Position numbers and translations under genes: made by a program
In this document: positions 55,406 to 64,000 of the stretch, piece by piece
Layout of the letters: the number at the start of each line of letters is the position of its first letter
How positions within the stretch are numbered: the stretch's first letter is position 1
Source: Azolla caroliniana
Taxonomy: Eukaryota; Plantae; Polypodiophyta
NCBI GenBank assembly: GCA_043228905.1
Contig: JBHGNT010000002.1
Span: 20,150,001 to 20,214,000 of the forward strand
Direction of reading: 5' to 3'
Length of the DNA stretch: 64,000 nt
The notes under the pieces: generated by a model
The model's input: the letters and a program-made list of their open reading frames with translations, nothing else
What the model was told of the DNA's origin: nothing
The model's database searches: none

Positions 55406-58186
55406 TTACGGAGAATCACTACTATAACTAATATACAATGACGATTCCTCCTCATCATCCTCGGATGTACCAATCAGTGCATTATCTTCGTCATAAACCA
55501 AATGGTTTGACTCTAGATTATATGTAGCAGATCTCGTTTGCCTTTGACTCGAGCCACCTTGTAGACCTGGTAATTTTTCTTTTATTATATCTATTGTTGA
55601 CCTCCTTAATCGTCCGGCTTTTGTAAGTGTGAAGTCGTACACGATGATATCCACATCAGAGATATCAAGGGTCGAGGTGTTACGAATGTTTCGCTTCCTC
55701 TTCCTACCTCCCCTTCTTGTTTGGCATTCAATCATCTCCAATGTATACTTACCTGTAAAAGCATTTGCACTTCTAGTGTTGTACCAATGAACATTTATAG
55801 ACTTGATCGTGTTTTCTATTTCATGCATTAGCACTTCTAGAATTTTACCAACCCAAAATTGGTGGCCATGTGAGTTCTCATCAGCCGGCGTTGCAATCAA
55901 CATCCCCGCGGTGAGCTCTTGCAAATTTCCTTGCCATCTAGCTTCGACTGCTTTGGTCATCCTTGGTCCCACATAAATGTCTCTTTGTTGTGGATGGACC
56001 AAGCTGTCATTAATCGCATTTACTAGTCGCTCCGGACTTCTATTTACGCGATCATGTTGCAGCGACCATGTGAATGGCGTTTCCAAATTCCAATTATCAA
56101 TAGATACACAATTGTCTATAATTTCTTTCTGATCACTATAAAATACATCCCACCATGACGTGTCTTGTTGTGCGGCATATTTCTTGGCGGCCTCAATATG
56201 CTTTCTTTTTTCTTCTAAGGCTTGGAGCCATGACCGTTTTTGTTCTAATACCAAGTCGCTCTGCAACTGTCCTTTCTTCTCAATTGGCATTTGCTTAGCT
56301 CCATGGACAATTGTACTCGGCATACAAAGTAATAACTGGCAATCACCTTCAGGTTCCCATGTTGTAGAAGATGAATATTGTTTAGCATACAAAAGTGTAG
56401 AACCACTTATTCCATTTTTCTTTATCAAAAAAATGTGATTGAAACTTATATTGTTTAACTGAGCAAGCACTTTAACATTCCCACCACCCCCATCTAATAT
56501 ATATCTCTTAAAGTCATATACCTCCTTCAAGTGTAACACTTTTGGGCGTGGTGTATATGCATCACAAATGACATCAAATAGTTTAGGTAAAGTGAAAGCA
56601 TCATGCCGAGACAACTGTCTGGAGAATGTGCTAAACATCTGATCTATATGGTCATGTGTGTGGCCAACCAAAAGGAAATTGACTTTCACTTTCCTAAACA
56701 ATTCTAGGTTGACCAACATACTTAGATAGCCAAATACAGTTGAATTTTTGTTCTCTCTAGCAGTATTGTCCAATTGAATGTATAGAACAGGGGGGAAAGG
56801 TTGTCCCCAAGACATCAAAACTCGGTGAATCACTGTAACTGTTAGGTTAGGGTCATTGTGAACATTGGGGTAAGTAATGAAGACGTGAGGTCGAACAGAC
56901 CTATTATAAGCCAAGCATCCCACCAAGTGCATTTGAACAAGGCACTCATCATTGACATCTTTGGGGAGCCTCCGCATATGCGGCAAGCATGTCTTCTTCT
57001 GGTCCATGCCATCTATCATTAAGCACATGTATTGTTCAGGCCTCTTCAAACACTTCTCTCTATGATGCATCGCCTTCCTTCGTTCTAAGGATTGTGCCTC
57101 ACGATGCTCTTGTAGTAACTTCTTACTCGTATCCTTTTCCATTGATGTCTTTGCACCTTTAGCCAAACTTTTAAGATTTGCACAAATGGAGCAATACCCC
57201 ATACGTACTTTATGAGGAATAATAACATTTGAAAACCGAGCTCTCCATAATCTTGTGAATTGGCTATAGGTGATAGACTTATTACGTGAGCCCAACATTT
57301 CAGATCGATAGACATCATAAACTTCCCGACGGGTATAATTATCAGAAAGATGCATCCTACCTGTAGTGGGCATTACTTCACAATTTAACTGAAAGTAAGT
57401 TTTCATCCAGCCAATAGCTAGTCTTCCAATTGCACCTTTCATACTTGGAACCTCTTTACAATTGAGCATCTGATCCCCGCTAAGTAGACGTTGTTGTACT
57501 CTATGTAGCCGCATGTTACTAACACATAACGCAATTTTGAATGCAACTCTACATATCTGTTGCGCATGGAAGATATAATACTCGAATGATACTTTGATCC
57601 CCGTACATTTGTCAGATACTAGTTGCATATGTGACCCGAGGTAAGTGTCTTGCTCATCACCGGTCATCGAAAAATAGTATCGCCTTAATTCTCGCAACTT
57701 TGATTTTCCAATCATAGACATACAACCACGGGCACAACATATTTTGTTGACATCAAATCCAATCTGTTTATCTGATGTCACCAAGCTAAATCTAGCTAGA
57801 CGAATTCTTCGTGGGATTCTTCTAATATGCATAGGGCTCCCAGATTTCTCTTCCTGCATAGAGGTTGGTGTAACCTTGTTACAGTCTAATTCTCTGTTGT
57901 GACCATCGCCAATGTTATTCAATGTTTCCTGGGCACTTCCTTCATTCTCGGTATCTTTATTAATATCGTATTCTTCAATAGAGAACTCTTCACATGTGTC
58001 ATTATTTACATTCCCTGTAGATGAGCTCAGACAATATTCTTCGATAGAATATGGTGAGTCGGTCGACAGACAATATTCTTCAATCGAATATGGTGACTCT
58101 GTTGACAAACAATACTCTTCAGTAGAAAACGATGGGTCTGATGACAAACAATATTCTTCAATCGAGAACGGTGAATCTTCACTCAT
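55406..58186 (-). CDS. DDD/E transposase (Sola/DUF7869-like), 926 aa, with Cys-rich N-terminal region and C-terminal BAH/Tudor-like domain
   Basis: Uninterrupted ORF with GCC-ATG start. Motifs CCARGC, ICRVAF..L.VS, YCSIC..EH, IDGMDQ, QLDNTARENKN, FLLVGHTHDHIDQMF; located inside TIRs. The superfamily assignment comes from motif recall only. Confidence 0.82.
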   Translation of the reverse strand: MSEDSPFSIEEYCLSSDPSFSTEEYCLSTESPYSIEEYCLSTDSPYSIEEYCLSSSTGNVNNDTCEEFSIEEYDINKDTENEGSAQETLNNIGDGHNRELDCNKVTPTSMQEEKSGSPMHIRRIPRRIRLARFSLVTSDKQIGFDVNKICCARGCMSMIGKSKLRELRRYYFSMTGDEQDTYLGSHMQLVSDKCTGIKVSFEYYIFHAQQICRVAFKIALCVSNMRLHRVQQRLLSGDQMLNCKEVPSMKGAIGRLAIGWMKTYFQLNCEVMPTTGRMHLSDNYTRREVYDVYRSEMLGSRNKSITYSQFTRLWRARFSNVIIPHKVRMGYCSICANLKSLAKGAKTSMEKDTSKKLLQEHREAQSLERRKAMHHREKCLKRPEQYMCLMIDGMDQKKTCLPHMRRLPKDVNDECLVQMHLVGCLAYNRSVRPHVFITYPNVHNDPNLTVTVIHRVLMSWGQPFPPVLYIQLDNTARENKNSTVFGYLSMLVNLELFRKVKVNFLLVGHTHDHIDQMFSTFSRQLSRHDAFTLPKLFDVICDAYTPRPKVLHLKEVYDFKRYILDGGGGNVKVLAQLNNISFNHIFLIKKNGISGSTLLYAKQYSSSTTWEPEGDCQLLLCMPSTIVHGAKQMPIEKKGQLQSDLVLEQKRSWLQALEEKRKHIEAAKKYAAQQDTSWWDVFYSDQKEIIDNCVSIDNWNLETPFTWSLQHDRVNRSPERLVNAINDSLVHPQQRDIYVGPRMTKAVEARWQGNLQELTAGMLIATPADENSHGHQFWVGKILEVLMHEIENTIKSINVHWYNTRSANAFTGKYTLEMIECQTRRGGRKRKRNIRNTSTLDISDVDIIVYDFTLTKAGRLRRSTIDIIKEKLPGLQGGSSQRQTRSATYNLESNHLVYDEDNALIGTSEDDEEESSLYISYSSDSP
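58027..58180 (-). repeat. 39-bp coding tandem repeat (13-aa SP[F/Y]SIEEYCLS[S/T][D/E]) x4
   Basis: Visible in the translation and as recurring aatattcttc(a/g)at.ga; a fifth partial copy FSIEEY lies near 57970-57990. Confidence 0.85.
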
Positions 58187-58856
58187 GGCTTAAGGTCTAG
58201 ATAGGGCTCTCTAAGTTATACTCCTCTCTAAACATATACTCCTCCCTAAACATAAACTTCTCTCTAAACAAAAGCCAAATCAATAGAATGTCTATATTAT
58301 GTAATATTCTATTAATACAATATATAAAAAGTTTATGTTTAATAAAGTAATTGTACTTAAATTATCAATCATTATATAAACTAGATCTAAATGATGTTAA
58401 ATCAAGTAAAATATAAAACTAATCATTAACAAGCCATGAATATGTTGGATTAATGTTAAAATCATTGGCTAATTAATGGCACCCATTTTGATATAGAACG
58501 TCTCACGCATTGGTTCTTTAATGCTCACCATTTTAAATATTAGACTTATCAATCATTGGTTAATTCATGCCCACATCTTTAATACATAACATTTGAGAGT
58601 CATAAAAATTGTTGCTTTTAGTAATCAATCATTGGTACATTCATGAACCTCTATCATTGTCTCCTTCATAACCTTTGAAGTCATTGTAGGTTGTTATGAC
58701 TATAAAAGATTGATCAATATGTTAGTTTGACTTTGTAATCATTAATACAATCATAAGTTACTCTAGTTAATGTGACTATGGTTACCAACTAACTATCCTC
58801 AAAGTTACCAACCTTGGTTAAGGTGACTATGGTTACTTTAACCAATGTGTTCAATC

Positions 58857-58867
58857 CCTATAAATAG
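58857..58867 (+). promoter_or_regulatory. TATA box of the ParB-MTase gene
   Basis: CCTATAAATAG ~150 bp upstream of the ATG at 59010, followed by a (CACAGAG)n 5'UTR-like tract; several ATTGG (CCAAT) boxes at 58460-58640. Confidence 0.55.
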
Positions 58868-59009
58868 GAAGACCTCGTCATATTTCACTCACCAGAGCGT
58901 ACAGAGCGTACAGAGCACACAGAACGTAGAGAGCACACAGAGCACACAAAGCACTCAGAGCACAAAGCACGAAAGCGCGATCTCCGCCTCCACTTCAACA
59001 CAATGAACC

Positions 59010-62000
59010 ATGTCTTCAAAGAGAATCGAGCGCGAGGACTCCAGGTAGGCCTCTGACACTGTGGACATTTTTGTAAATATGTTTCGTTTCTCAAGAACTC
59101 GATACAGCGTATCGAGTTCATGTATACAATACAAATATTTATACACGAACTCGATACGGTGTATCGAGTTCCTGTTCCTGTTTAAAACCTACACTTTAAA
59201 CATGAACTCGATACGCCGTATCGAGTTCCTGTTTAAAGTGTAGGTTTTAAACACGAACTCGATACGCTGTATCGAGTTCGTGTTTAAAGTGTAGGTTTCA
59301 AAAAGAATCTCGATACGCCGTATCGAGTTCCTGTTTAAAGTGTAGGTTTTAAACACGAACTCGATACGGCGTATCGAGTCCCTGTATATAAGAAGGCTTT
59401 GAGAGAGAAAAATCGTTTATGGGGTGGAAATGATATCAAATTGTCTGGCAAAATCAGTCTTTTTTATGTTGACTTTACTTACTTTTAAAGAAATACATGC
59501 TCTAATTATAGGTGTTTTATGACCTACTTTAACTTAAAATAGTAGAAAATGATCCACAAATTGTCTTTACTATGGCAAATTCTCCTCAATATAGGTTTAG
59601 AATCTATATAAGTCATACCTACTATTTAAAAGAATATATAACCCGTTTTACTTATTACGATATATATTTTCTAGGTTGAATAGCCCTGCCTATAATAGAT
59701 TTTTGAATATGTTACTGCTCCTGGAAACTGTTCTTCATTATAATATACAACCTCAATCTACGTGACTGCCTAACTTATGTTTTTGCATATACTTTCTTAA
59801 ATAGGTCGTTTGAGAACCTGTCGGACCGACCCGTGAAGAAAATTAAGCTTCGCATACAAGGTTCTCCAATCGAAGCCCAAACCAAGGTAGCTCCTGAGAC
59901 CATGAAGAGAGGAAAAAAGCTTCTCTTTAACGAAGAGACAAAATCTCAGCCGCATAGTGATGTTAGCCAAACGAAACTTGTCGCCGCTACTGGAGGCGAA
60001 GACCTTCCTGACCGAGATCTAACGGACAAGGAATGGTGTATGCAATATGTCGACTCAAAGAAAAAAGTCGTATTGTATACAGCAAAGAAGAAGGGTGAGG
60101 GGCAGCTTGGAAAAGAAACCCCATTTATGTATGGCCGTATTCTACGATTTGACTACGAAGATGCAGATTCGGCCAACATACTGGTAATGATAGAGTGCTC
60201 CAAGGGGGTACGTAAAGTGTTCCTTTCAGAAGACCTTTTAGTAAAGGAATCTTGTGGGCCTGAAGTGTTCAAAAAAGCACTTGATAACTCACAAAACCTT
60301 ATTGTTACCTTGAGGCCTTATATACAAGGCCATGTAACTCTAAGAGATGAAGTGCCCTCCCCATTGAAGGCCACAAAAAAGGTATCCAAAGTCCAGTCAA
60401 GACCAACAAAGAAGAAGACAACGAAAATGTCGGATACGGATTCAACAAGTGAAAATGAAGAAGAGGATAATAAGGGGACGCCAGGAGCCGAGCTGGCCTC
60501 GGGTGTTTTGTCATCCGAGCAGAATAAAATAAGGAGAGAGTTAATGCAACGGAAGCTGGTCAGGAAAGGGCAAGTATTTAATTTGCCTATAACACACATC
60601 CATCGGCCCCCTATTGATGAAAAAACAGGTCGAAGACCACTTGAGATTAGAGAGCCTCACCGCATGCATGTTCAAAATCTCAAGAAAAAAATGAAAATTA
60701 ATCCTCATGCCACTGTGGTGCCTTTTATTGTTATGGTAGATCCTGAAGAATGTGAAACCATTGAAGATTTTGATATTAGAAAGCATGATCAATATAATTA
60801 TTCTGTCATTGGTGGATCGCATTCAGCAGAGGCACGTCGGCAACTTGTGAGAGAACATCCAACCACTTTCTTCTTCAAGTATGCCGAGTGCAAAATTTAT
60901 GTTGGGCTCACAACCGAAGAGGCTAAGCTGTTGGCATGGGACCATAATAATGATAATGACTATAGGCAGAAAATGTCGTCTATTGAGCGTATACGGTTCT
61001 TCCACCACGAGTATTTAGATGTGAAACAAAAGTTTGGTGTGAAGTTACATCCAGGCCTTCGACGTCAATGTCTGCATGAAGTCGGCATTGTGGTAGATGA
61101 TAATGTTAGGTCCGATGGTCTTCGAAAGTATGAGTCTTGGTTTCAATTGGCGTTTAGAGATGGAGAAGTATGGGACCTACAAGATCAAATCTTCTCAATG
61201 TGGGAGAATAAGGAGGTAAAGGGTCAACGACAAAAGAAATGTAGGGTTGACCCTCAACTAGAGTTAAAGTCACAAGCCGCCAAGAAAATTGACTTGACAA
61301 TTGAAGAAGCGGCAGACGACATGAAGCTGTCTCTATGGAGAGCGATGCAAGGTATTAAGGACAAGCAACTTCTTGTGTCGGTTTTGTCAAGGGTTGTGGC
61401 GAAAGATTTAAGCCTTGAAGAAATGGTCACTGAGTTCAATAAGTAAGTCTTTCAAATACTGAAATTGTAGTCTATCTGGTGTAATTCAAAGTTCTAATCT
61501 TGATTTCTAATTTTACAGTCATAAGGTGTACATGAAGATCCAAGAAGTTATGATGAAACAACTTGGATGTATAACTTGGGAACAAGTGACCGAGGATTAT
61601 CCTCTAACGTCTTCGTATAAGGCGTTATCAGAGTATTTTATTGCATTCAAGGATTGGGTTAGTATTCATGTTTTTTCATTACCCTTTCATCATATGTAGA
61701 GCTTGTATAATAATACCTGATGTCCTATTGCTTCTATTAGAAACCGTGTCGAGGCAAGAAACAAGGAGAAGTTAAGGATATACACGATTTCCCTACATCC
61801 TTCCTTGCACATCTCGAGCGAGCCAGAAAAGAAAAGGATTGTCGCTTAGTCAAGGCGTACGAAATGGAGGAAGATGGCTCGTTTAAAAAATTTAGCCACA
61901 AAAAAGATATTACGAGAGATCTTTACTACAATGTGGTTTGCGGTGATGTCATCGACTTGATCCAGAAGGTGCCAAAGAAGGAATATATGCTAATGATTGC

Positions 62001-63030
62001 GGATATTCCTTACGGATTTCGAATGGCTGGGTCATCATACGACGATGAACCGTTTAGGTTTAAACAATTGGAGAAGATGGTCAAGGATTTCGCTGAGCTA
62101 ACGACCGCATCCTTGTGGCGAATAGTTATCTTTCATAGTATGGACCAAGGGTACTCGGTAGCTCAAGCTTTGAGATCTCGTTGCCATGGCATCGAGAACC
62201 TTGCATGGTAAGGATTATTTATAGGTGTCTTTCATTATATTGCAATTCTTAAGGTTGTTGAATCTATTCTTAACTCGATGAATTATTTTTTATAGGATCA
62301 AGACCAATGTAAATAGAGGGCCAACTTTTCGGTTCGTTAATGCCATTGAATACATAACGGTTGGCTACTTCGATGAAATTAAGAAACAGAGAATCAAAGA
62401 GCATTCTAATGAAGTGGGAGGTTCAAATCTGTTGGTATATCCAGCAGTGACTCGGAAATTGCGACATGTCACCACGACAGAACGGGGACTTGTCAACCCA
62501 TACCAAAAACCTCAACGACTTATGATGCGCTTGATCGAGATGTTTTTTGTCGAAGGAGACTGGATATTAGATCTCTTTTCTGGCACAGGTATTCCTCGAA
62601 CTAGGGTAACGATCTTGAGATAACCAATCACTTTTTTTTCGTTTGACAACTAAATCTTCTTGTTACTTACATCATAGGAACTACGTCAGCATGTGGATTG
62701 AAGCTGTTTAGAAATACAGTTGCATTGGAGAAGGACGAGGACCAAGTTATATTTATTAATATGCGGATTAAGGCTTTGTGGGAGTGCCCAGACCAGGATG
62801 AGGAGGTCGGTGCAAAGAACCTCGCCAATACAGAAAGGTTTCAACCTGCTTCGTGAGAGCCTATTCCTCCGTTAGCCGGCGAACCGGGGGAGCTAATAGA
62901 GCTTGATGATGAGCTTATAGAAGATATTTCGTTGGCTCGGCTAACAGGGGAAACCAATGCACGTATAGCCGAAGACAGTTCTACACAAGATGATGAAGAA
63001 AATGACGTTGATGAATTGATTGCTATGTAA
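59010..63030 (+). CDS. ParB/Srx-like domain + beta-class N6A/N4C DNA methyltransferase fusion, 6 exons (916 aa to TGA 62856; ancestral stop probably 63030)
   Basis: Exons 59010-59044, 59805-61442, 61519-61657, 61741-62207, 62296-62588, 62678-62856 all join in frame via GT-AG. MTase motifs VVCGDVIDL..IADIPY, W.K.N...E, PYQKP..LM..LIE....GDWILDLFSGTGTT...R..VALEKD....I..RI. ParB-like PFIVMV..YSVIGGSHS.EA...EEAKLLAWDHN. Confidence 0.82.
59095..59381. repeat. Array of six 25-bp palindromes GAACTCGATAC-N3-GTATCGAGTTC, ~51-bp period, in intron 1 of the MTase gene
   Basis: Copies start at 59095, 59147, 59204, 59255, 59305 and 59357; spacers are tttaaagtgtaggttttaaac or its reverse complement. Confidence 0.93.
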
Positions 63031-64000
63031 TAGACTCTATAAAGAATATGACACTGACGATTTGTTAAGATTTCACATTATTAATACAAATTTTGGGTTT
63101 TACCTAGTGGATTCTATTCTTTATAATCTTCTATATGTTTCAATTTTATTTTTATATACTTGATTAGTAGATTTATGACATTGGTTTCACCGTGTGCATA
63201 GCTGACTACCAAACTTATGGAGAAACATGAACTAGTTTAAATGGAGGCTGATTTTGGTCCAAGCTAACCTTAACAGAACATGGCCCTATAATTGTTGCCA
63301 TGACTGTCCATGTTGTTATTATGGATCTTTGTCTTCTATTGTTAAAACTATTATGTTTCTATTCCATTGGTGCTTAGATTGTGTAGTGTGTTGATAATGG
63401 TTCCAGTTGCGTTATCGTTCGGAGTTTGATCTTGTGTGAATCACCTAAGCAATAGAGTAGATCAATTTTAAATACAGGTATGAAAGCCTAATAGGTTTGC
63501 TATTTCCACGACATTATCCTAAAGTTCACTGCCTTACATTGTGCACAATTATATACACATATGGTTTGATCCCATATGAACAAACTGAGGAATAGATTAG
63601 ATCAACTTTAAATACAAGTATTGAATACTTTAATAAGTTAGTTATTCCAATAACTTATCCTAATGTGCACTATCCTACATTTTCCACAATTACATACATG
63701 CACGTATGGGTCAAAGTATAAATTATATCTCATTTTATTAGTATGGATACAAGTACACCTCATATTTTTGTAAAACCTACCTAATTAATATAAGTCTTTA
63801 AGTTAGTGTTTCCCTTGTCGCACAATAGTGCCATATTGAGCCATAGTTGAACTTTATTATGCCTACATTAACTTATCAACATGTCTAAACTTGCATGATT
63901 TCTAATGATCTCCACTCGTAGATCTATCATGTATTTTTATATTTGCAAATTCTCATCAAGTTGAGGAACATGTGATACTAGTGCATCCAATTATTGTAGA

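Larger units (their letters stand above)
55050..64000. mobile_element. Putatively autonomous TIR DNA transposon carrying a transposase and a ParB-DNA methyltransferase gene; right end beyond the window
   Basis: 33-bp TIR CACGTTCGCGTTCACAAGTGGAAGGATCGCGCA at 55050-55082 is identical to the reverse complement of 16597-16629. 63967-63992 matches the right subterminal sequence at 16519-16544. Confidence 0.88.

Noticed and set aside
59095-59381. CRISPR-like array (regular palindromic repeats with spacers)
   Set aside because: The spacers are near-identical to each other or inverted rather than unique, there are no cas genes, and the array lies in a eukaryotic intron.
59833-62623. Three separate genes as in the ORF track (59833, 61864, 62414)
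   Set aside because: They splice into one continuous frame together with three additional exons.
59010-63030. Bacterial contamination or endophyte contig as the source of the MTase
   Set aside because: The gene has five GT-AG introns that preserve frame and a TATA box, lies within TIRs inserted in a plant copia element, and has a related copy 40 kb away.

Overview
This is AT-rich, intron-containing land-plant nuclear DNA; a fern or other seed-free plant is my guess, not something the sequence shows. A central gene island (18.9-43.8 kb) holds four host genes: cytochrome bc1 subunit 9 (QCR9), pantothenate synthetase, a PLS-class PPR protein and a membrane-anchored NAC factor. It is flanked by nested Ty1/copia, Ty3/gypsy and LINE remnants. 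The main finding is a ~9 kb TIR DNA transposon starting at 55050, whose right end is predicted just past the window. It encodes (i) an intact DDD/E transposase (Sola/DUF7869-like) with a C-terminal BAH/Tudor-like domain and (ii) a divergent six-exon gene for a ParB/Srx-like domain fused to a bacterial-type beta-class amino (N6A/N4C) DNA methyltransferase. Intron 1 of that gene carries six phased GAACTCGATAC-N3-GTATCGAGTTC palindromes. A non-autonomous relative at 13189-16629 has the same 33-bp TIR and keeps only the 3' tips of both genes. Its centre is a 1.7-kb giant inverted repeat built around the same palindrome. All exon structures were deduced by hand from splice signals and reading frame; no database searches were run.
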